NCBI GenBank assembly: GCA_032718475.1
Contig: JAUCBJ010008707.1
Span: forward strand, 1 to 43,608
Origin: Nemertoderma westbladi
Taxonomy: Eukaryota; Animalia; Xenacoelomorpha
Length of the DNA: 43,608 nucleotides
Direction of reading: 5' to 3'
Position numbers and translations under genes: made by a program. A model generated the notes under the pieces. The model was not told the DNA's origin and made no database searches. It saw only the letters and a list, made by a program, of their open reading frames with translations. Each line of letters starts with the position of its first letter. Position 1 is the stretch's first letter. Of the stretch, positions 12,106 to 22,500 are shown piece after piece.

Positions 12106-12185
12106 ATTAAAAAACTTTAGACCAGTTTTGAATCTAATATACTTATCTAAGTTGACTGAAAGGCTAGTTGCAAACCAGCTGATGT
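12103..12185 (+). pseudogene. Small LINE RT fragment (CR1/L2-like)
   Basis: Translates as LLKNFRPVLNLIYLSKLTERLVANQL, matching the KNYRPVSNL..LSK..E..V..QL motif. Confidence 0.7.
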
Positions 12186-12331
12186 ATGACTCATATGAAT
12201 CAGTTAGCGCCACCAAGCGTACAAATCGGTAATGACTTATTAACCTGTAGTGATAAAGAGCGTAACATGAGGTTTAATAATGGATCCCAATCTCATTTAT
12301 TCGAAACAAATATCCGCAACTGTCATATTAC

Positions 12332-12394
12332 CTGAATTAGCTGTTGCACAAGCAACAGACAGTATAGCACCGGGATTATTACCAATTTCGTCAT
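12332..12394 (-). CDS. Signal-peptide-coding exon, probably the first coding exon of the fibrinogen-related gene
   Basis: ATG 12394 gives MTKLVIIPVLYCLLLVQQLIQ, followed by a CAG|GTAATA donor (phase 0). An upstream acceptor TTTACAG| precedes 12420, and a downstream acceptor CTACAG|GTT lies at 12244. Same strand and phase as the FReD exon; the link to it is inferred. Confidence 0.6.
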
Positions 12395-12630
12395 CCTTGT
12401 TATCCTTTCTTTCTGTTTACCTGTAAATAATGAGATGTAAATTATGAATTAGTGAAAATTTAATTGTTTAAAATTCAATTGTTTTTATCAAATCTTTATA
12501 GGCATATACCATTTATTATAGGTATGCCTACTTATGATTGTAATTTTATTTGTATTATAATTTAATTATAATCATACTTAAATTATAGTTCTGATTTAGG
12601 ATACGATTCTCAGTAAACTCCAATTGTTAA

Positions 12631-14201
12631 CCCTATTAGTACCGGGCTATAAAATGTTGTACAAATACCGGGAGGGGGTCATATTGACCCCCCCCCTCTA
12701 AAATCTACAAATATTTACGAAAACGTCTGATTTTTTGTTTGTACGTAGGTATCACTTGTCTGGATCCGACCGAAAAAAAAAAATTTCGAAAAAATGTACT
12801 GGGGTGGTTATATTGCAGCACCAAAATAACAAGTAGTGCACAATTTTCACCAAATTTGAAAGTTACATTTTCGGCTAATTATTTTTCAATACAGGTATTC
12901 TGGAGCGCAAAATGCATTGGAAAATATTAAAAAATGATATGATTACTATAAATGGCTGTTTAGTCCTCTCTGCGTAGGAAAAAAATGAAAAAAACAAGTA
13001 ACCAGCACTTTTCAGTTAGAACTCAAAATTTTTAATTCACTTATAGATGCTATAAATTCACATTTTCAGGTTTTCGAGGGCGCTGATTCTAATGGAATAC
13101 ATTTCTAATATGCTAGATCATTGCTACTTGTATTTTTCGGCGTAATTTGGGAAATTTTGGTGCTAGCACCAAATTTCGTACCCATCACCAAAAAGTACAA
13201 GTTTGCGATGTCCAGTGCAGTTTTTATTGATTCCATCGGATTCAGGACCCTCATAAACCCGTATAACGCAAGAAACAAGGTGATACTATCTACTTATCAA
13301 TTTGCATATTTTCCAAAATTTGGTGCTGGCACAACAATTTTCATCCACCGGCGAAAAATACAAGTTTGACAACTCTTATGCAGTTTTGTGTCCAGTGCAG
13401 TTTTTACTGATTCTATTGAATTCAGAACCATCACAAACCCGTATAACGCAAGAAACAAGGTGACACAATCAATTGATATATTTGATGGTTTTCAAAATTT
13501 GGTGCTAGCACCACATTTTGCACCCACATCCGAAAAATACAAGTTTGAGATGTCTAGTTCGATAATTATATTTTCCATTAGATTCAGAACAGCCATAAAC
13601 CTCTAAAACGCAAGAAATAAATTCTCACAAGCAATTTTATCTATTGAATGGATTTTCAAAATTTCGTGCTAGCACCAAAATTTGCACACAGCACCGAAAA
13701 ATACAAGTTTGATACGCTTGGTGCAACTCGTATATATTTCTTCGAATCCAGAAACCCAAAAAACCCCAATTGCGTAAAAAACAAGTTTCAAACGATCAAT
13801 TTACAAAATTGACTTATTTCAAAATTTGGTGCTGGCACCAAAATTTGGCACCCAATGAAAAAAACAAGTTTAAAATTTCTAAATCAATTTATATGAATTC
13901 CATCAAATTTCTAACACCAAAAAAACCGTGTAAATAAAAAATAGAGATGTTACAATTCATATTTAATGAAATGTAATTTTCAAAAAACGTCTCAAAAAAA
14001 GTGCCAAAAGTAGGGTTAAAATATGGCGCTATAACTCGAAAAGTACCCAATATTTTTGAAAACGGTTTTCACTACTAGGAAGACAATAGATTTTTAGGAA
14101 AAGTCATAAAATTTCAGATTCCCAACTGCGTTTGTTTCAGAATTATAATAAAAAAACCACGGGAGGGGTCATATTGACCCCCCCCCCCGGGTTTAATAGG
14201 G
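12631..14201. mobile_element. Non-autonomous piggyBac-like element (MITE) with TTAA TSD and internal ~165-180-bp tandem repeats
   Basis: TTAA|CCCTATTAGTACCGGG ... CCCGGGTTTAATAGGG|TTAA. Subterminal GGGGTCATATTGACCCC occurs at both ends. About five internal units each carry (G/C)GTGCT(A/G)GCAC. Confidence 0.85.
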
Positions 14202-14214
14202 TTAAGGCTAACAA

Positions 14215-15805
14215 AATGACAATAAGTGCAACTCAGACTATCACATTGACAAGTGTAACTCAGATGAACACAATGACAAGTACAACTCAGATGAACACTG
14301 CGGCAAGGGCAACACGGATGAACACAACGGCAAATGTAACTCAGAATAATCACATGACAATTGTAACTCAGACAATCACATTGGCAAGTGTAACTCAGAC
14401 GAACACAATGGCAAGTACAACTCAGATGAACACTACGGCAAGGGCAACACAGATGAACACAACGGCAAATGTAACACAGACTATCAAATGACAATAATGT
14501 AACTCAGACAATCACATTGACAAATTTTACTCAGACAATCACATTGGCAAGTGTAACACAGACGAACACAATGGCAAGTACAACTCAGATGAACACTACG
14601 GCAAGGGCAACACAGATGAACACAACGGCAAATGTAACTCAGACTATCAAATGATAATAATGTAACTCAGACTATCAAATGACAATAATGTAACTCAGAC
14701 TATCACATGACAAATGTAACTCAGACAATCACATTGCCAAGTGTAACTCAGACAAACACAATGGCAAGTATAACTCAGATGAACACTGCGGCAAGGGCAA
14801 TACAGATGAACACAACGGCAAATGTAACTCAGACTATCAAATGACAATAATGTAACTCAGACAATCACATTGACAAATTTTACTCAGACAATCACATTGG
14901 CAAGTGTAACACAGACGAACACAATGGCAAGTATAACTCAGATGAACACTGCGCCAAGGGCAATACAGATGAACACAACGGCAAATGTAACTTAGACAAT
15001 CACATTGACAAATGTAACTCAGACATTCACATTGCCAAGTGTAACTCAGACGAACACAATGGCAAGTATAACTTAGATGAACACTGCGGCAAGGGCAATA
15101 CAGATGAACACAACGGCAAATGTAACTCAGACAATCACATTGACAAATGTAACTCAGACAATCACATTGGCAAGTGTAACTCAGACGAACACAATGGCAA
15201 GTACAACTCAGATAAACACTGCGGCAAGGGCAACACAGATTAAGACAACGGCAAATGTAACTCAGACAATCCATTGGCAAATGTAACTCAGACAATCACA
15301 TTGACAAATTTTACTCAGACAATCACATTGGCAAGTGTAACACAGACAAACACAATGGCAAGTATAACTCAGATGAACACTGCGGCAAGGGTAATACAGA
15401 TGAACACAACGGCAAATGTAACTCAGCCAATCACATTGACAAATGTAACTCAGACAATCATATTGCCAAGTGTAACTCAGACGAACACAATGGCAAGTAT
15501 AACTCAGATGAACACTGCGGCAAGGGCAATACAGATGAACACAACGGCAAATGTAACTCAGACTATCACATTGACAATGTAACTCAGACAATCACATTGA
15601 CAAATGTAACTCAGACAATCACATTGGCAAGTGTAACTCAGACGAAAACAATGGCAAGTATAACTCAGATGAACACTGCGGCAAGGGCAATACAGATGAA
15701 CACAACGGCAAATGTAACTCAGACAATCACATTGACAAATGTAACTCAGAAAATCACATTGACAAATGTAACTCAGACAATCACATTGGCAAGTGTTACT
15801 CAGAC
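14215..15805. repeat. 27-bp minisatellite with higher-order structure (Thr-rich on +, Cys-rich on -)
   Basis: Monomer variants translate as TQTITLASV / TQTNTMASI / TQMNTAARA / IQMNTTANV and recur in the same order. Short indel units break the frame several times. Confidence 0.93.
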
Positions 15806-17110
15806 GACGACAGTAGAAAACGACGACGGCGAACCTAAATGTACAAAACAGTATGTAAATTCTTACCTTTAGTTTTTGATTAATTAATTTTGGTTATCCG
15901 ATGATAACAAATTAACTTTTAGAAGCTCAACATAATTTTTCCATCTATTCTCCCGATACTTAAACTCTTACATCCATGGGAGTCGCAACCATATGTTATA
16001 CCTTCTGCTAAACGTTTAAAATTCAAATACATCAACGGCCCAGTAGTGGGGAAGTTCGGCTTCTTTGAAGAAACTCCACCTACAATACATTATTATTAGT
16101 TGAATACATGTCGAAAGGAATTATACTCCTACGACCATATGTTATTCCTACTAAACGTTCAAAAATATTAACAGTTCTAATGGGGAAGTTCGGCTTCTTT
16201 GAAGAAACTCCACCTACAATAGAGTTCCTATTAGTTCCATACAACAGAGGCTCCACCATGTGTTTCAAATACCAAATACATTTCATCGAAATAAGAAGTT
16301 TATTATCGCCACCCTGGATACTTCGGATAATACGATTAATGGCGGAAGACGATTTCTTGGTTGTACATAATCGTTCTATCTAATCTTATACTAGTCAATT
16401 GCTACATACTGTGAAGCCATACCCTCGAAGTGAACCATATCCTCGATCGGCAGCTACATTCCGACGGGAAGTTTCCCTCCGATCCCGCCCACCGTTTTCC
16501 TCCTCAGATCGGTACACTCTCTCTAGTTTGACTATCGACAGTTCACTGTCTGTCCTCTCTCGACATCTCTGGTTGCCTGTAGCAACATTTCCCCATTCCT
16601 CCTCACTTCTTCCAGTTTCAGCGTTATGTCCTCCTTTATGAGGTCTCGTATCGACCTCCCGGATGAACTCTACTGTCCTCCTTCTGTCTTCCGAGTGGGC
16701 TCGACGTTTTTTTGCTGGTGCCTGAAATCTGAACAACGACAGGGTGGAGCAAATACGGCGAACGGGGGGCGGGGTGGGGGGGGGGGGGGGTACCCTGAAC
16801 AATGACATGGGGATGAGCGAAAACCTGAATACGGCGAACGGAGGGTACCCGGAACAACGACGAGGAGAAGCGAATACCAGAATACGGTGTACGGCAAACG
16901 GGGAGTACCCGGAACCGGAACGACCGCATGACTGCATGAGGAGGAGCCAATACTACGGTCAGATGGTAGCCTACTGACAATGGGAGAAAATGAAGTGCAT
17001 AGATCTTATGACCCGGCGGGTTCAATCATGGATGAGAATAGCTCTTGTGCCAATGGCTTTTGTGCCGAACCAGATGTACCAAGTCAAGGAGAAATCGACC
17101 AATATATATA

Positions 17111-17368
17111 AATAATATTAGTCAGAAATTATTTATTAACGATCAATCGAATAATACAGTAAGCTTACACTGCAATAATAATCTAAGCCCTCAGAATCCA
17201 GTCTCCCGGGTATATCCAGCGGGTGAATGGACGCGCACTAGGCTGGCTTCTGCTAATGTTGTGTTTATTGGTATTAAATATTTGTCAACTTCTAAAGTCT
17301 ATTTGTAAACCAAAAGACATATAAATTTTGGCAGGTTAAACTGCTAAAGGTCTTCAAAAGCGCGTACA
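17111..17368 (+). repeat. 5' LTR remnant (last ~258 bp only)
   Basis: Appears identical by eye to 31850-32107 and ends ...AAAAGCGCGTACA. The upstream part is replaced by unrelated sequence ending in a TA run. Confidence 0.95.
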
Positions 17369-17733
17369 ATAACAGTTATTGACTTTATTGCAGTAAGCAA
17401 TAAAGTTGAAAGTACCGGTCGACCGGTAAACCTGAACCGGTACTTCTGTAGGTCAGTAGGCCCAACTGCCAGAACCGGTACTGCCGTAGGTCCGTAGGTC
17501 CAACTGCCAGAACCGGTACTTCTGTAGGTCTGTAGGCCCAACTGCCCTAACCGGTACTTCCAGTACAAGTACATTAGTATTATTTCGATTGTGATCTATA
17601 GTATATTGTAGGCTGCCAGGGGAATAGGGATTGATCACCCCTCATTCTTTTGTATAGTTTACCTATTTCTGTCAGTTTTATTTCCTAGTAAGTTAATATT
17701 GAGCTGAAGACGTGTAAGTCTGCTCAGATTGTT

Positions 17734-18311
17734 CAGATAATTGTAGGCCGGACTGTTGTCGGATTGTTGTTGGGTTTGGAGAGATTACGGCGTGTGTAGA
17801 GTTTGTCCGATAGAGTGCCAGTTAGTAAGTTGGGGCAGCCATAGCTGTAAGGTCAATCCCCTCTTAAAGAATAAGTCGTACTACCGTGTTAGAACGCATA
17901 CTAACTAACCATTTTGGAATCTGCACATACTGTAGTTTATTTAGGCTTGACAGTATTCTGCCAGCGTTTTGGCCTGTGTTTGTTTGTGTGGTCTGTTCAG
18001 GTACCGTAATAGTTATTACTCAGATATTTTGTAGGCTGGATTGTTGTCTAGCTATTATTAGGTCTGAAGAGATTGCTGCTTGTGTAGAGTTTGTCTGATA
18101 AAGTGCCAGTTAGTAAGTTGGGGCAGCCATAGCTGTAAGGTCAATCCCCTCTTAAAGAATAAGTCGTACTACCGTGTTAGAACGCATACTAACTAACCAT
18201 TTTGGAATCTGCACATACAGTAGTTTATTTAGGCTTGGTGGTAGTCTGCCAGCGTTTGGTTTGTATTTGTTTGAGTATTCTGTACGGGTAGCGTAATATT
18301 TATTATTCAGA
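17734..18311 (+). repeat. 288-bp tandem duplication in the retrotransposon 5' leader
   Basis: The block AGTGCCAGTTAGTAAGTTGGGGCAGCC...TCTGCACATAC occurs near 17813 and near 18101 (offset 288). Confidence 0.9.
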
Positions 18312-19592
18312 GTTTATGCGATTATTCGCAACATTTATGTCCCCAAGTTTATTCCTACAGTAATTGTGCTTGTTACACATACCGTTATAGTTAAATTAAC
18401 CCCGGTACTACACGGGCTGCATGGCGTAGGAAAAGACTGGTGACTTTGTGCTTCGGTCACTCCAGCAGATGCCGTGGTTCTTTTAACTGTTCAAGTATAT
18501 ATAACTACTGATTATTTGTTGTACCAGTACTTGTACCTAATTTAGGGTTTAGTGTACAGTGCTTTCCGAAAGTAATTAGTGTGTAGGCAGTGTATTGTGT
18601 TGTAAAGTGGTTAATAGGCACGTTGGATCTGGTAGTCCGCGGTAATTAACTTCTAGGTAGGAACACTCCGTGATACATAACGTAGTACCTATAGCGATAC
18701 GGCTATAGGTCGTCAGGCGGTGGTATTTTTCCTATCTGGACAGTGCAATATATTTACTACTACTTATTATTTTCAAATACCGTAGTACCCTGTCCGTTGT
18801 AATAAACCGAATTCTAACCCTTTGTTAGACTGGTTTGTAGACTTCCTGTAAAATTACCCTAAAAATTCGTACGTAATATTTTTGTTGTGTGTAATTAGAG
18901 ATTTAATCTCACCCGTATCGTAAGTAATTTGTAGTATTAAGTAACTTAGGTAAATTAGAATTATCTGTTTTAGTGTCCCAGAGGTAGCACTTCACTGAGA
19001 GCGCACAGCTTCTGTGTAGTGACTCCCCCAGAAATAATAACATTTATTTCAAATATTGACAAAACCCATTTTAAACGGGTATATAAATATTATAAATCAA
19101 CTCAAATGATTTATAAATAGTAGGCCTGCCATACAACAACTAGGTCTCAATATCAGTTGGACTACTGCTTAAATAACGGTAATAAAGTAACCAAGTAACC
19201 CTAAAATATTCAGAAATTCAATTATTCTAAAATAATTGACATACCGGTATTTACCATAGGCTTATTATATTTATTTCTATAAATTTGAGCTGAAATCATA
19301 CCGGTATTCTGTAATTAATTCTAGTTCATAATTATACTTATATATACTATAAGTGTAAGCTGTATACCGGTATTCACGATAGGCCTATTATATATTTATA
19401 TATATTTGTGCTAAATTTATATACCGGTACTCTGTGACAAACTAGTTTACAATACTTATATATATCATAAGTGTATACCGGTATTCTAATATACTGTAAT
19501 AAATTACCGGTACTGGGCCAATGGTCATACTGAATTACTAGACTTGCTTTAACTGTAACTATAGCAGTAAGCATTCAACTGTATAGCTAAAC

Positions 19593-22500
19593 ATGTCTGA
19601 CACCCAGCAAAACCTGTCAGACAGTCTAATCGATACAACCATCTGTGACACAGATAGGAGTGTGGAGCGATTAAGAAAGGAGTTCAGCTCACCTCCTACT
19701 GAAAGAAAGGTCATCCCTCCAGTAGAAGTATCAGACCCTAAGCTAATCCAACACCGTAGGTCTATCATCGGCACTCGGGCCCAAGTCAAACGGAACCAGG
19801 AAGCAGCTGTCCCACAGCAGCAACAGCCTAGTCAAGAAACTTGTTCCCAGCGATCCGATAGCTCCAGTAGTTCGGATACTGTCGAGCTGGCCCCCGAACG
19901 CGGATTGCAGATGACGGCTACAGCCTACTCGGATCCCCTTCTCACCCTTCCTGCCGCAGTGCTAACTACTATATTGATTGCGGTGGAGGAACATCAAGCC
20001 GATTGGGCGAGAAGTAAGCGAGCGACCCAAGATAATTATGCGGGATACGCCAGGGAAGAATTGATGTCTATTGTCGAGTCACAATGGAACTTTCCCGGAC
20101 CCGGACTCCCGTTAGATTTGTCCGAGGCTACTTGGGAAGATATATACAGGATGGGAGTGACTAAAGATACAATGGACCCAGCTGTTTGGAAGAGGTCGGC
20201 AGCAGGATATGTGCAGGGATTCTTCGGCTCCTTAGAGCGATTGGAAGAACGACTGTTTCGACAACCTCAAGGACCTCAAGAGCAGGAAGAGCTGCTATAT
20301 CAAGTATGCGAAAGAACCCTACGCATTAGACTAATCCTATCAGCCTTTGAGGAAACTTCCAAAAGAAGACAGGACACGTCGCTGCAGGTTGCTGTCAAAA
20401 CTTGGTTCCAGCGGGTAGGTCTCAAAGTACAAGAAACGGACCAGTGGAAATCCCAGCTGTCTGAGAGACTAACCTATGAAGAACCAACCGATGCCACCCT
20501 TTCTCAAGTGGAAGGCGAAGAGACCGCAGAGAGACCACGAACGAGAGACGCCATCGACATATATCTGTCCGACTATCAGCGATTCCTAGGAGACGAAGAG
20601 TTGAGGAGACGGCTGTCTGGACTTTCCCCTAATAGTGAAGGAACCCAGCGTGTGTTAGACTCAATCGATGCGGAAATGTTAGCTGCTAACCAAGCTGAGT
20701 TTGATGAAAAACTCCGCCTCACTAGAGTCCAAGAAGAACTAGTAAAGAAAAAAAGGATAGAGGACCGAAAGGCAGCTGCAGTAACAGCGGCAATGGCCGA
20801 AGTGGAAGCAGAAAGAAAGGCAGCTGCAGTAACAGCGGCGGCAGAAGCAGAAGCAGAAAGAAAGGCAGCGGCGGCAGAAGCCGAAGCAGAAAGAAAAGCG
20901 ACTGTGGCAGCAGCAAAGGCAGTGGCAGAAGCAGAACAGAGGGCGTCTGAAGAGACCACACAACTGGAGTTGGAAAATCTTCAAGAGACGCAAGATTGCA
21001 TAAATAAACAGTTAACTGCCAGTCAAATGCAGATGAGGAGTCGATCTACTCCCAAACGCCAGGGATACACCTCATCAGAGGAAAGTGAAACCACCGATCC
21101 TGAAGGCGGAGGAAATAGATCTCATCTAAGCAGGCGTAGAAAAACATCTCACCGTCACAAATTGCCTGATTTGCCCCCAGCGGTTAGAAGACAACTAGCT
21201 AGCCCAGACTTAGGTAGTATAGAACCTACAGACCAAATTATTAAGGTCAAAAGACTCCCTACTATAGTTGATGAGCCTGAAATAATTAGGCCTGTCGTTC
21301 CCAAAGCCACTCCTGTGTTAGAGACCCCTGTACTTCCAGAGCTTAACTCTAAATTCCCTTTACACAGTACTACACTGCCTGTGCCCGGTAGAACAGTCCA
21401 TGAGAATATCCCTGTCCTGGAAGCTGAGAGAGAAATCAAAGATTTGTCTCCCGTCGTCCCATGTCAGCCCGCTACAATGTTGGCGACTCCCGCTTCGGCG
21501 GTCGAGTGGGTAGAAGAGGGACGGCGGGGGATGAATCTCCTGCTCGGACAGATGCAGGAGACTGTCTACCAACTTAAGGGAACAGTAAGGGAAGGTAGGG
21601 CCGAATTGCAAGAAGTGCAGCAAAGTATCGCGCTAGAACGCGACAAATTAGTCAATATGCAAAAAGGGATACCAATACCCCCTGTAAAATTGTGTCAACC
21701 TGTTAGGTCTGAAGTATTACATGCGCAAGGTGTGGAGCCTACATGCATCTATAGTGCTAGTGAAGAAGAAACTCCTATAGCAAACCCTATTAAGGGTGAT
21801 TATAGACCTGTTATTAATGATATCCCTTATAGACCTGACAATGATCCGAGAAATTTATATACCAATAATTCGATATTAAATAACCCGATGGCCCAAGAAA
21901 GCTTTACGCGTCAGATGGCTAGAACAGAAGCCCGCCAAGCGGTCAAAGTGGGAGAGATCGTCAAATTCAATGGAGATGAGATGAAATGGTTACCTTTCAA
22001 CGAATATTACAAAGATAGCATACAAAACTCTGTACTATCTAACGGAGAGAAACTTAGGTTCCTCATCAAGTGCTTGGAAGGACCTCCCAGGTTAATGGCG
22101 TTAAAGTTTATTGGACATCCAGAAGGATTAAGACAAGTATGGGATACATTAAACATCAGGTATGGTAACAAGGATAACATAGCTAAGTATTTGTATGCAA
22201 AATTAGTAGCCCCCCGACACTTCCTTAGTAGCGGGATTATAGAGTTTTCCGATGAAATTCAGGAGATCTGTAGACAATTGGACTGGTTAGGTAAGTCTCA
22301 TGAATCTCAGAGTTCAATGGTTATTGGAGCAGTAGTCTCTACTTTACCCAAGGGTGGAGTATGTACACGCTGGGACAAGAAAGTGTTGTACATGAATGAA
22401 CAACAACGACGAAGCCCTACCATGGCTGATCTCATGTCCTTCTTAGATGGTGAGGTAAAACTACAACTCATCAAGCAGTCCAGAGAGAAAACATCGGAAA

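Noticed and set aside
11750-12232. Arg- and Pro-rich ORFs on both strands
   Set aside because: They arise from the 30-bp minisatellite plus a short LINE fragment.
13150-13930. Repeat-spacer look resembling a CRISPR array
   Set aside because: Whole units are homologous rather than unique spacers, there are no cas genes, and the context is a eukaryotic MITE.
14114-15591. Cys-rich metallothionein- or keratin-like ORFs on the minus strand
   Set aside because: They are the antisense reading of the 27-bp satellite, and the frame is broken repeatedly.
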